From the NCBI GenBank assembly GCA_965644315.1, contig CBFFRQ010000044.1:62001-126000 (forward strand): a stretch of DNA of 64,000 nucleotides, written 5' to 3'. A program made the position numbers and the translations under genes. The notes below the pieces were generated by a model, which saw nothing but the letters and a program-made list of their open reading frames with translations, made no database searches and was not told the origin of the DNA. Source of the DNA: Caecitellus pseudoparvulus (taxonomy: Eukaryota; Protista; Bigyra: Bicosoecida). This document shows positions 12,831 through 24,800 of the stretch, piece after piece (position 1 is the stretch's first letter; every line of letters begins with the position of its first letter).

Positions 12831-14088
12831 TCAAGCCTTGTCAGCCTCCGCTGCCTCTGCACAGGCGCCAGAACAGGCCACCGGGGAGGCAGGCGCCATG
12901 CAGGGCACACTGTCGGGGGTTCCCTGCCCCTCCACATCTGTGATGCTGCAGCCTTCGTCCCTGGTCGAGGAGGGGTCATCGTAGTGCACGATGGAGCCAT
13001 GCTCCGAGTGGAACGTCACCACCGGCTTCAAGATGCGGGCAGGGTTCTCAGGGTACAGCCACACACGGCACTGGGAGAAGGGCGGTGCGTACAGGTGCAG
13101 CGTGATGGCGGGGCCTTCCTCTGTGGCTGCCACCTTGTGCAGGCCCAGGTTGTCGTCGATGTAGGCCACTTCTGGGCAGTGCAGCGTTGTGACTCGGGTC
13201 TGCTGCAGCGGCCCGCTGGGCGCCTTCGTGTCGGGCATGGCATAGCGAGTCTCTGTGATGCCGCCCTGAATGCACCGCATCCAGCAGCCGTCACAGGGGT
13301 GGTCATGGATGGGGCTCTCCTGAGACGGCACGAAGGTGTGCAATCAGTGAGCAAGGCGCGGTATACCGCTAGCGGCCAGCCCCCTAACGCACCTTTGCCG
13401 CCGTCCAGCACAACAGCATGAGGGTGTATGACTCCCGATCCGTGGAGATCAAATTGCGCGCTGTGCAGGGGGGGGAGGTATGAAGTGCAGATGGCCTTTC
13501 GACGGTTGGTGCACTGGCCGAGCCAGACACATCGCCCCAAGCCGGCCCTTCCACCAGACGACAAGCCTCAGGACACACTGAAAGGTGAACCTAGCTCGGG
13601 CAGGGAGCGGCCCCGCGGTCTCCAGGCGCCGCCACCTTTCAAGGCGCTGACCATGTTGAGGAAGTGCAGTGCAGCACCAGGCAGAATCAGAAACGCGGGC
13701 GAGGCCAGGCCTACCCAGGTGCGCAAGGGGCACGTCACGCACTGTAGTGCTTCTTCTCGTCAAACAGGGCGTAACGCTTCCAGTCGCCCATGGAGGCATC
13801 GTAGTTCCTGCGGTCGAGCAGCGGCGAGTTGCCTGCCGCCAGCCAAAACGTGGCTGTGAGCGGTGCGCCTCACCTCAGCAAGTCCTGCAGCTGCTCAGAC
13901 AGCTCTTCCTGGCAGGCATCCTTCCGCCGCAGGGCTTTGGCAATCGCCCGCACGAGCTGCTTCAGGTTCAACCCGGGCTCACTGCCTGCCTGGCGCACAT
14001 CTGGCCCTGTCTCAGACGGCGTGCCAGCATGGCGTACCTCCTGCTCGGCCTCCTCCCGCGGCACGGCGCCTGCCTGCGCCACAGCCAT
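12831..14088 (-). CDS. CDO1: Cysteine dioxygenase type 1 (4 exons; introns 13808-13873, 13461-13742, 13320-13392)
   Basis: Spliced DWKRYALFDEKKHY-TRNLIS..LMLLCW..ESPIHDHPCDGCWM..YIDDNLGLHKV..TLHLYAPPF: 3-His iron site plus Cys/Tyr crosslink residues. Confidence 0.92.
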
Positions 14089-14300
14089 GAGCTCGTTGAA
14101 GGTGGGTGGAAGAGTGCGTACAATGGGCTTATCGTGTGTGCAGATTGTGGTGCGTTTTGGTTTTACACACACGCCCTCTTGGCCCGGGCACGCCTCACTG
14201 GCCATTCGATCTGCTTTCCGCTCGGCAGGCGCAGAAATACTCTGGCCTGCCGCACTGACACGGCACGCCGCCAGCCGCGCGCAAACACGCCCAAGGGGCT

Positions 14301-15230
14301 TCACAAAGAGGACGCCGCCTTGGCAATGCTGTCAACGTCTTCCAGACCCAAACGCACCCTCTCTCGGCCAGCGTGGTCTGCTTGGCGAATGGCTTCCGGC
14401 ACCCGGTGCTTGGACAGTCCAACAGCCACCTCCACCGCAGACTCCAGCGAAACGCCAAACCCCACAGAGATGAAGGTGGGGTTGTGTCCTTTCGTGCCCA
14501 GACGCACGGCGGCGCCATGCACGGTGCCGGACTGCCCCTCCAGCGCCACGCTGGCACCACGGTGTGGCAGCTTGCCCTCGGGATACGCCTCCTGAATCGC
14601 CGTGGCCAGCCATGCCTTGCTCAGCCCGTCCACTGCCAAGAGGGACTTCCCCACGCCAATGGTGGGCGTTTCCAACAACGTCCCCAGGTGGCACGCGAGG
14701 CCAAAGCCTCGTGGGTGCAGTGCGCCATTGCCGTCCACCAGCACCACATCAGGCCAGGATAACGGCAAGCTGGCGTGGCGCCACGTGACAACCGTGCCGC
14801 CTGCAGAGCTGCTTGCACTGGACGTACCAGGGGGAAAAGCCTCGCATGGTGCACCTGACGGTGCGCGCGCAGCGCATTCCTCCCGCAAAGCAGTGGCAAT
14901 GTCCAGAAGTGGCTGCACCTCACGAAAGGCCAGGAAGCCAGGGATGTACGGCACGCAAATGCGCACCACCCGAGTCTGGCACCACACAAGAGTGTGCTCG
15001 GGGGGACCTGTTGTCACTGCAATGCAAGACACCGACACATCGCTGCCCTTCACAAAGGAAATGTCCGTGCCTGCCACACGCTGGATGCTGTGAAGACTCA
15101 GGCAAGCTGCCGGTGTGCTGGCTGCCCTCGCCGCCAACTCGTCCTGCTCCTTGGTCCACTGTACCTGCAACAGCTTCAGCTCATCTTCAGATGGACTTCT
15201 GATACTTGCATCCTCCACAGCACTTGCCAT
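14301..15230 (-). CDS. ENDOV: Endonuclease V
   Basis: VAGTDISF, PYIPGFLAFRE, VLVDGNGALHPRGFGLACHLG, TIGVGK, PEAIRQAD. Confidence 0.95.
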   Translation of the reverse strand: MASAVEDASIRSPSEDELKLLQVQWTKEQDELAARAASTPAACLSLHSIQRVAGTDISFVKGSDVSVSCIAVTTGPPEHTLVWCQTRVVRICVPYIPGFLAFREVQPLLDIATALREECAARAPSGAPCEAFPPGTSSASSSAGGTVVTWRHASLPLSWPDVVLVDGNGALHPRGFGLACHLGTLLETPTIGVGKSLLAVDGLSKAWLATAIQEAYPEGKLPHRGASVALEGQSGTVHGAAVRLGTKGHNPTFISVGFGVSLESAVEVAVGLSKHRVPEAIRQADHAGRERVRLGLEDVDSIAKAASSL

Positions 15231-15469
15231 GGCGAGAGCAGCTCCAAGCAGGGCAGGGCGTGGGTGAGGGTGGACGGCGTGGTGGGACGATTTCCGCAAG
15301 TCAAGCTCCGACCGGCGTGCCGTCTCCAGTGCATGGAGCGAGTCAAACAGCAGGGGCCAATGATGCACTATGTTTGTCGCTCAAAACGGCAGACGCAGGT
15401 CCACTCTGCCGCAACTCTGCATTTTGAACGGCCAGCTGGCTCCGAGGCAAAAGGCACTGCCGAGCACTC

Positions 15470-16276
15470 TCAACACGGAGCACGACCGCCATGCGCCGAC
15501 CGCAGCAGCACCATGCCACGCCGCCCACGTCGGGTGCTGGTGCCGCCCCACACAGCATCCTTGGCGGGCTGCACAGCCACTGGACCAGCCTCCAGCCGAG
15601 TCTGGAGGGGAATGGCTCGATGGCCGGTGAGGCCCAGCAGCTCACGCAGCACACCAGCATGCCCTTCAGAGCACGCCTCCAGGAAACCACTTTCGGGCTC
15701 ACCCTCAGGGGCAGCATGCACGTCCACCTCCCGGTCACCCGTCAATGCCAGCAGCTCACGCACCACATCCGCATGCCCATTCTTACAGGCAAGCTGGAAG
15801 GCACCTTCAGGCCCGCTCTCATACTCCGCATGCACATCCACCTCAAGTTCGCCCGTCAGGGCCAACAGCTCATGCACCACCTCCACATGCCCCTTTGTAC
15901 AGGCGGTTTGCAAGCCAACCTCATGTGCCTCACGCACATCGCCCAACTCGATACCTGACAACCCCAACAGCTCACGCACCATGTCAACGCGGCCCATACA
16001 ACACATCTCATGAAGTATACCGCAATAATACAATCCGACGCCAATACCCTGAGATCCAGCCACTTTCAAGGCCTTCCCCAACAACCCAACTTCACCAGTT
16101 CTGCACCCCACAACCACGGCATCTTGAACAACCGACGACCATATCGGCTGTGCTCCCGGCTTGCCGCCAGAGGATACATCCTGCAACAATGTAAACAAAC
16201 ACTCTACATCATCGGCGGAACACGCTGCCCTCCAACGATCCATCCACGGCTTCTCACCGCTACTCAAAACAGCCAT
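15470..16276 (-). CDS. Ankyrin-like repeat protein (intronless), paralog A
   Basis: Repeats ACxxGHxxVVRELLALTG.REVDVHA; C-terminus shared with neighbour. Confidence 0.85.
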   Translation of the reverse strand: MAVLSSGEKPWMDRWRAACSADDVECLFTLLQDVSSGGKPGAQPIWSSVVQDAVVVGCRTGEVGLLGKALKVAGSQGIGVGLYYCGILHEMCCMGRVDMVRELLGLSGIELGDVREAHEVGLQTACTKGHVEVVHELLALTGELEVDVHAEYESGPEGAFQLACKNGHADVVRELLALTGDREVDVHAAPEGEPESGFLEACSEGHAGVLRELLGLTGHRAIPLQTRLEAGPVAVQPAKDAVWGGTSTRRGRRGMVLLRSAHGGRAPC

Positions 16277-16777
16277 GGCGTGGTGGCCCCAATATCCGCA
16301 CCCCCCACACGACAATGAGAGTCTGCAGGCCAAGTGAGACGAACATGCACAGGTGCCCCTGCACTAATATTGCCTTCCCCTCACTAGGCCTGGGTACTGG
16401 CTTGCTGTAAATTTGTCCCGCTGGCGCTTCTGCACTTAGCACGGCCACGACCCCCTCCTGCTCCACACCGGACACCCCTCCACCTCCTCCGACCGCGAGC
16501 ACGACTCACACACTCACCACCACCGCCCCTGACCTTCGCCATGCCGCGTACAAACTGCAATGGCAGCCCCCACATGGCGCGCGGTCGCTGCCTGGACCAA
16601 TCCGATGTGGCCGCACTCGGCAACGCACGACCAGGTCCTGTGCCCCACCAGACACGGGCCAAGGTAGCGGCGGTAGTGATCACCATGGAGCGCAGAAACC
16701 TGCATTCAGGCACATCCTGAGGCTCAGCGCACCCCACCGCCCACACTGGCAGCCACACCCCACTCCTCATCACCCCA

Positions 16778-18022
16778 TCACACCACTTCAGCTGCCCGCA
16801 GCAGCACCATGCCCCGCCGCCCACGTCGAGTGCTGGTGCCGCCCCACACAGCATCCTTGCCTGGCTGCACAGCCACCTGCCCAGCGTCAAGGCGTGCCTG
16901 GAGGGGAATGGCTCGGTGCCCTGTCAGGCCCAGCAGCTCACGCAGCACACCAGCATGCCCTTTCATGCAGGCACTCCTGAAACCATACTCAGGCAAAACC
17001 CAGCCTTCAGCATGAATATCCACCTCGCGATCACCCGTCAATGCCAGCAGCTCACGCACCACATCCACATGTCCACATACACAGGCAGCGATGAAGCCAA
17101 ACTCAGGAACAGCATTGAAACAAGCATGCACATCGACTTCGCGATGCCCACTCAGCGCCAGCAGCTCCCGCACCACATCGGCATGCCCATTCGCACATGC
17201 CCACCGGAAGCCAGCCTCAGGCCCGTCAGAATCACTTGCATGCACGGCCACCTCACGAGCACCCGTCAAAGCCAGCAGCTCCCGCACCACACCAAGGTGC
17301 CCAGACTTGCAGGCAGCGCGGAAGCCAGCCTCAGGCCCGTCAGAATCACTTGCATGCACGGCCACCTCACGAGCACCCGTCAAAGCCAGCAGCTCGCGCA
17401 CCACACCAAGGTGCCCAGACTTGCAGGCAGCGCGGAAGCCAGCCTCAGGCCCGTCAGAATCACTTGCGTGCACGGCCACCTCACGAGCACCCGTCAAAGC
17501 CAGCAGCTCGCGCACCACATCAAGGTGCCCAGACTTGCAGGCAGCGCGGAAGCCAGCCTCACGCCCGTCAAAATCACTTGCGTGCACGTTCACCTTAAGA
17601 GAACCTATCCCATCCAGCAGCTCGCGCACCACATCAAGGTGCCCATCCTTGCATGCCTGCTGAAAGCACTCGGCAGACAAGTTCGGCACTGGGCGCCAGT
17701 GATAGTGTCTAAACGCAAGCAACTCGTGCACCACGTCACCGTGACCTGCCCCACACGCTTTGCGAAGTAAAGGGGCAAACTCTGACTCCGCATTGAGGCC
17801 CCTTCTCTGTACCATTCTCAACGCCTCTCGCACCAGCTCAGCGTGTCCCTTCACACAAGCCAATCGTAAGGCCTTTAGCACAACCAACTCCACCGTGGGG
17901 TAAAAGGTCCATGAGTGTTGTCCTTCCTGCATCAGCGCTAACATGCCTTCCATATCCTCATCGGCGCAGAACGTTCCTAACTGACACTCCCAAGTGAAAC
18001 GACAAGTACTTGCGGATGCCAT
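16778..18022 (-). CDS. Ankyrin-like repeat protein (intronless), paralog B
   Basis: About 8 repeats of ~38 aa (GFxxACxxGHxxVVRELLALTGxREVxVHA); same 5' context (GCCACCACGCCATGGC) and C-terminus as paralog A. Confidence 0.88.
   Translation of the reverse strand: MASASTCRFTWECQLGTFCADEDMEGMLALMQEGQHSWTFYPTVELVVLKALRLACVKGHAELVREALRMVQRRGLNAESEFAPLLRKACGAGHGDVVHELLAFRHYHWRPVPNLSAECFQQACKDGHLDVVRELLDGIGSLKVNVHASDFDGREAGFRAACKSGHLDVVRELLALTGAREVAVHASDSDGPEAGFRAACKSGHLGVVRELLALTGAREVAVHASDSDGPEAGFRAACKSGHLGVVRELLALTGAREVAVHASDSDGPEAGFRWACANGHADVVRELLALSGHREVDVHACFNAVPEFGFIAACVCGHVDVVRELLALTGDREVDIHAEGWVLPEYGFRSACMKGHAGVLRELLGLTGHRAIPLQARLDAGQVAVQPGKDAVWGGTSTRRGRRGMVLLRAAEVV
17207..17590. repeat. 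Near-perfect 114-nt coding tandem repeat (~3.4 copies)
   Basis: GAAGCCAGCCTCA recurs at 17207, 17321, 17435, 17549 (period 114 = 38 aa). Confidence 0.95.
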
Positions 18023-18425
18023 GGCGTGGTGGCTCCAATCTCCGCAAACAAAAAACAACAACGCAAGCCTGCAGGCCTTCGAACACACTCCAGCTCTGAA
18101 ACCCCCGCAGAAGGCATTCAGATCTACACGCATAAGAATGGGCGTTGTGTGAGTCGGATTTGCCCCACGGGGTGGCACTGCACTCCACGGCCAGAACCAC
18201 CATACCCGCACCCCACCGTCCCGGTACTTGAAACCCTCAGCCAAGTGGCACAGTGGCAGCTTCCGCTCGGACCGGCGCAGCCGGAACCCAACCGTCAAAA
18301 CCACACGCTGCATCCCACAGCACCGGACTGGCTGCGTTCAACCACTGCCGCCGGGCGCTCCGATTACCGCTTGCTTCCCTTCGTGCTAACAGTCATTGAC
18401 CATGCCTCTGGTCAGTCTCGTGGGC

Positions 18426-21400
18426 TCAAGGCAAGTTCAAAACTTTCCAGCGCCGCCGCTTGTACAGCCAGAAACCGGCAACAGACACCAGCGCAGCGGC
18501 CCCCGCCGAGAGTCCAACGGCAAGAAACACTTGCTCTGACTCCAGATTGGCGCTGTTCTTTCCCACTTCACGTTGCGCTGGCACACGTGCGAGGCGCACC
18601 CTCGACTGGGCGTCCATGCGCATGCTGAACTGGCGCGGCTCTGCAGCCACCACCGTAGCATGAGTGGCGTGGAGTGCCTCGGAGCAGCGAGAAATGGATG
18701 TCCGCAGCCAGTCCATGTACACTCCCTGCCCTGCGTCGCTGAGGGTTCGCAGCGTCAGCATGACCAAGACGTTGCCGTCCATGGTGACCAAGCGCGGCGA
18801 CAAGTACTCGCTTGGGAGGCCTGTGCACGCAGTGAGGTCCGTCAAAAGTGACTGCGGTAGCTCTTCGAGTCCCCGCTGGCCCATTCCCTGCAGCTGCGCG
18901 GGGCTGAGGTTCACCAGTCGTAGTGGCAGCACCTGCTCAGTCGGGGCCGAGCACGCTGCCACGTGCGTTTCACCGCTGCACTGGTCCGCAGAGGACGCCC
19001 CTTCCCTCCCCAGGCGCGGGTTCGTCCAGTTTCCATCAGCACCCTGCTCTGCGAGGACGGCCACTTGTTCCATCTCGGCACAGAAGCTCCCGAGCGTGGC
19101 AAGCGCTTGCTGTGCTTCGGCTGGAATACTGCCCCGCATCTGCTCGCTTTCGGCATGCAGCGCGCACAGCCTGCGCCCATGGGGGGCATACACCCTGCCC
19201 GCTTCCAAGAAGGCGGCGTCCATGTGCGCCAGCCATATGGCCGTATGGTCAAGGCAGCAATCAGCACATGTGGAAGTGGCTAGCATGCGCCCGGCCACGT
19301 CCCCGACACAGCCCGCCAGGCCAGCAGCCTCGTCCCAGCACGGCAGGGGGAATCCGCTGCTGGCCCAGGGGAACCGCTTGGTCTGCAGACTCGCGAGGGC
19401 TTCCCACGTGAACTGGCACCGCACGCGCTGAGGTCCGAAGCGGGCGTCGCATGCGAGGTCGTCCAGCGTGCTGACCGCCCTCGCTAAGCCCCACATTCGA
19501 GCGTGCCAGCTGATGTACAGCATCACCGTCAATTGCATGTCAAGGAACATGCCCCATGCCATGCGCGTTGCGCGGCCAGCCGCGCTAGATGGTGCTGTGG
19601 CTGGCTGGAGCTGCTGCAGCAGGCGCAGGCGCTGGGCGCTGGCATCCAACCAGGCCGCCATCCGCCACCGATCCCAGCCAAAGGCAAGGTGCAGGGACGA
19701 CATGGCGGACGCGGCGCGACTCCGGGAGCACTGAGAGCACATGAAGCTTGTCATGGTGGAGGTCCCGCCGAGCAGCTCGAAGGGCAGGGACTCTGGCCTG
19801 GGCGGCTGCAGGATACGGTCGGTCGTGGGGGCGGGGTCCAGCGACGTGGCGACGGAGTCGGCTGCCATGATGCGGAACATGTTGTCCTGCTCCACCAAGC
19901 AGAACTGTGCCGCCAGCATGTTCGGGGAGCGCTGGCACGCTGCGCTCATGGCCTGCATCTTGGCGGCAAACATGCCGTCCACCTGCTGCAGGGAGGCGTG
20001 CAGGCGGAAGAGCCCCTCCATGACTTGGGAAAAGCACTGGGACTCGCACATGAGGTTGAGCAGGTCCGGCGTGAGGGCGACATTGGCGGTGCTGCTGACG
20101 GACTCCTGCAGCTCGCTGCTGCTGGTGCGGTTTTCGCTGGGCAGGATGAGGCCTTGGGCAACGTAGTCCGTTTGAATGGTGTATGCCAGCTCCATGCCCA
20201 GGGACGACGCGGCGCACAAGTTGCCCCCGTCGTCCACCATGCACAGGTTGTTGGCGAAGCTGAGTTGGGACATGTCCTCCAGGCAGGCCCCGGGGCCAAG
20301 CTGCAGAATGTGGGCTTCCCACTCGGCGGCGACGCTCTGCACGACAGCGGCGCAGGCAGGTATGGAGCAGGCAGCGGTGGCGACGAAGTAGTCGAAGTCG
20401 GAGGCCCTGATGTACGCGCTGAGCATGGCGCACTCTGGGATGGCAGACATTCTGCGTGTGATCTCCCGCAGCGCTGCACCGCCCTGCACGTCGTGGATGC
20501 TGGAAGTGGCATTGCACCGGCTGCGGAACGAAACGTGCGTGGCGTACTCCGCTCGGCGCAAGCGCTGCGTCTCGTGGAGCTGCAGCTCAAGTGCAGAGGC
20601 GGCATCTGGCATGTCTTGGTGCCGTGCATCCACAAGCTGGGGAGCGGCAGTGCCCATCAGTCGCACGGCGGCTGCCAGCGATGCCTGACTGCACGCACGT
20701 TTGCTCGAGTCAGCCCCCTGAGAGACAGCAGTCCATGAATCGTGCGCCACGCTGTGCAAGGCAGCGACGGCGCACTCAGGGGCCGTCAATGCAAGCTGGG
20801 ATATGGTTCCATGGAGAGATGTGCCTTGCTCAGCTCGAAGCGTGGGGCATGTGGCCGCTGTGCTCGTGCCCAGCCGCTCCAGCGCGCCCCCGAACACCCC
20901 GGACCACCACGCGGAGGCATTGGGCGCGGAGCATGCGGACTGGGAATGGCACAGAAGCATGAGATCATGAGCTGTGGTGTTCAAGGGCGCGCCCCCTGTC
21001 AGCGTCGCGTTGCGCACTGCCGCTGAAACGCAATTTGAAGTGCAAATGGCCGCGGTTGCACCGTTCTCACCCGCCAGTGTGCGGGTCACATTCGACGAGG
21101 AACCAGGGCAGGCGGCGTCTATGAAGTCCGCCAAGGACTGTCGATGGCGGACTTCCTTTCCATCCTGCAAGGTTGGGGGTGAAAGTTCACTTTTGACGCG
21201 CCTTGCGCTGCGTTTCTCTCACGTTTCGTCGCCTTCCCTGCGAGCGAACGCCAAGGTGGGGCAGCAACGCCGCCGTCAACTTGCCCTGCGATGAAACGGC
21301 AAGGGGCACATGCTGAGGAGTCAATGTCCCTTTGCCTTTCGCTGCTGGAAGGTAGGGGCAGCCTTACGAGTGTGTGGCTGCCAGGGTGTGCGCGAAGGTT

Positions 21401-21532
21401 CACTGCCCCTGCCACCGCCCGCTTTGCCGCGAGGACTTCTGGCCGCAGCTGTGGAAGCGCCGCGCAAGTGCTTCCCACAAGGAGCAGTCCGAGGCTCAGG
21501 AACATGGCTGCCTTTGCCAGTGCTCTTGCCAT
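18426..21532 (-). CDS. Cys-rich type I membrane/surface protein of unknown family (3 exons)
   Basis: Signal peptide MARALAKAAMFLSLGLLLVGSTCAA; GTAAGG and GTGAGA introns join to the 914-aa ORF; C-terminal TM VFLAVGLSAGAAALVSVAGFWLY followed by KRRR. Confidence 0.75.
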
Positions 21533-21847
21533 GGTGAGGTGAAGCCAAGCCCTGTGGCAGGTGGCGGGAGTGTGACCTGCCGGGGTTTGAGGCTCATGTG
21601 CTTGGCCAGCCGGCACCCTTGCAATGCGCTCACAGTCCCAACAGTAAAGGAAAGCGCACTGCAGGGCATTTGCATGGCCAGTCCGGTGTACAAGCATCAC
21701 ATGCAGCGCCCCTCGCGTGCGGTGGAAGGCGGAGCAAATTGTGCGCGTTGGCATGAATTGACAGCACCCCACCTTGTGGGATGGCTGGTGAGAAAAGGTC
21801 AAGCCACAGCTGCGTGTGCGACGACGCAGCGCGCGAGGCACTGCACA

Positions 21848-24800
21848 CTACGCGTGGCGAATCATGTGCAGGGCGTCGTCGTGCTGGGCCCACTTCGTGT
21901 TGAGGCTTTCCGTGATGAGTTGCTTGAAGTGCTGCGCTGCTTCGTCGCTTTCTTGCGTCAACAGCAGCATGTCCCGCATGTAGTCAATGTCCGACGGAGC
22001 CTCCAGTTCTGGCAGGCCACAAGACACCATGAGGGAAAAGAGCGTGAGCAGCAGATCCCGGTTCTCGCGAAGGATGTTGAAGGCCCGAACAGCGTAGCGC
22101 TGGAAGGCGGTGTAGGGCTTGGCAGACGTGCCGCCCAGCACCATGGCCATGGCTGGGGTGAACTTGAACGGCGCCCGTTCGCGCTTGAAGCCCATCTTGG
22201 ACTTGAAGTTGCCCAGGAAGTGCCCGAAATCGATGTGGAAGAAGCGTCCGTCCTTGCGGATCATGTAGTTGTCTGAGTGGCGGTCACCCACCCCCATCAC
22301 ATACGTTGCCACACAGTACCCCGCGCAAGATCGTGCGAATGTGTCCTGCGCCACAGCGTACGCGCGAGCCACAGTGGGGATGCCGTGCCGCCCCACCATG
22401 GAGCCAGCCCGCCCTCGACGCGAGACGACAGTGGGTGGTGCTCTGCTCTGCCCCGTGGCGCTGCCTGGCAGGCGCTCCAAGGCACTGCCCGTGCTGGGGG
22501 TGTGGCTGTGCACGCTGTGGCTTGGGCTGGGTGGGTGAAGGGGTGTGGCGAGGGGGGTGCCGAGGGGGCTGGGGCGCCCCGGTCGCATGACGGGCGACCC
22601 GTGCACATCCCACGTCGCCTGCGACGCGCCGTCATCCACCTCCCCCCGCTCGCGCCGGCGTGCCATCACCGTCGCCTCGGCCGCCTCCACCCGCTCCGTC
22701 ACCTGCTCCCTCAGCCACAGCGCGACGACTTCTGGGCGGTACACGGCCCGGGACGCCTGGTACTTCCGCCACAGTGCACTCGTGGAGGCGGCTTCCCCCC
22801 GCATGGCCGCTTCGTCACGCTGCTTGGCTTCGATGGCGGCTTGCACGACCCGAGCGAAGGTGGCGGAATCCTCCACCACCTGCAGCATGCCCAGGTTCAG
22901 CCCCACCGCCACACACTCGTACGGCAGCATACAGCAGTCCAGGCCCTGCTGCCCCCACAGGCGCTGCATCACCCGCAGCACCTGCAGCGTCAGTTGGTCC
23001 TGTCGCAGGTCGTCCCCGTTCTTGTACATGACGGTGAGGTGGTCGGCAGTCGGGTCGGCCAGAACGTCCCCTGGCACAGGCCCCACGCTGCTGTTCATGC
23101 TGGCCATGCTGCTGGAGCGAGCACGTGCCACGGGCAGGGAGGGTGGTGGGGTGGGCGGCAACGAGTCGGACGCACCGCTGGCCTCCTTCCCTGCCCGTGC
23201 GAACACCAGCATGAGGGGGCGTTTCTTGGAGCTCATGACCCGGCAGCGGTCGATGACCAGCCCGCCCGCTTGGAACCAGGGGCACACTGGCAGGCGGAAG
23301 GTGACCGGGAAACGAATGCGGCTGAGCAGGCGGCGTGCCCGTGCAGTGCGCTCAGCCCGGCTTCCCTTGCACTCCTTCACCGCCACGCTCACGTCAAACA
23401 GCCTGGACATGATGTACACTTGATGCCCCAGCTCCAGGCGGTGCCGGCCGCAGTGCTGCAGGTACAGCTGCAGCAGGGCGCCGTACCGTTCGCTCACCTC
23501 TGCGTTGCCCAGCTCCGCCTTGAGGTACCAGAAGAGCACCTGCCCCACCACCTCTGGTGACGCCAGCGAGCGGCGCAGGAGGAAGCGCGCCAGGGCGGAG
23601 TCCGTGAAGGCCTCGTACTTCAGCACTTGTGTCAGCTGCAGCATGTACAGCACGAGGTCTTCGTCTGACAGGGCCTCCAGGCACGTCACGGCGTAGGCGC
23701 GGATGACGGGGTCCGGGAACTGCGAGTCCAGCAGCTGCAGGGCCGTGACAGGGGAGGGCCGGCGCCACTCATGCAGGGCGGCGTACAACTCCGCCACCGC
23801 CGCACGGTCGCCCCAGTCCGCCGCCTGGATGACCTTGGGCAGGGCGGCGGGCACCTCCACCAGCGCGTGCCGGCAACTCCACAGCAAGGCCCGCTCCTCA
23901 TCCGACAGCGTGTACAGCGCGTCCGTTTGCAGCAGGGCCTTCACCTGGGGCGGAACCTCTGCAGTTGCCAGGGCGCTTGAGCTGGGTGCTGTGGCGCCAG
24001 GGGGGGCGTCGTTCCCCCCTTGCAGGGGGGCAGTGGGCACCGCCATGCCTGTGCCGGTGTCCAGGGTGAGCTTGGTACCCACTGCCCGCCCCCCACCAGG
24101 TCTGCCGCTGCTCTGCTTGACGTGTGAAAAAATGACGGGGCGGCGGTCAGGTGTGAGGTGCGGGAACATCACGTGCAGCACTGCTGGAGCGGTGCCGAAG
24201 CGGTTCTGCAGGGACGGCACCATGGGGTAGGGACAGGCCCCGCGCCACAGCAGGAGTGACGTCAGGCCCTGGCGCAGGGTGCGGTCTGCCAGGAAGAGAC
24301 TGCAGCCGGCCCAGGCGACGTCGGCGCCGTCCACAGACACTGTGAAGATGATGCGTGTGGCACGGGGCAGGTCGGCCACCTGCACGCTGGACTGCAAGTC
24401 GGAGCCAGAGGCCCCCTGACACCCCTGCAGCACCGCCACGGCTACGGGGTGCAGGAGGTCCCCCCCCTCGCTGCGACGGGGGCGTCCGGTGGACACGCCC
24501 TCCCCGCCGCTGCCCCAGGCCGCCTGCAGGAGGTGGGCAGGTGGCGCGGCGGCGGCGGCATCCCCGCTGTGTGTCCCCGACCCAGCCAGCTCCTCGCCCC
24601 CCTCCCCCACGTACGCTCGCCCCAGCACCGCCTCGCGCCGGGACGCGTCGTGTCCACCGACGGCGCTGCCAGCCCCATCCGGCACGGCGCCCGGTACGCT
24701 CCCAGGCAGGAAGTCGCGGCTGGCAGCAGACAGGCGTGCCTGGCGCTGGGCCAGGATGGCGGATGACCCCCCCGCACCCCCCCCCTCGGCTGCAGCCACC

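Noticed and set aside
16514-16705. Short ORF with ECGHIGLVQ between the ankyrin genes
   Set aside because: Resemblance to an ankyrin fragment is too short to support a third copy
17207-17590. Regularly spaced repeat as a possible CRISPR array
   Set aside because: Contiguous 114-nt in-frame coding units without unique spacers; eukaryotic context, no cas genes
21280-21300. Possible GC-AG donor (GCAAGT) in the Cys-rich membrane gene
   Set aside because: Two canonical GT-AG introns give a frame-consistent model; the GC donor does not
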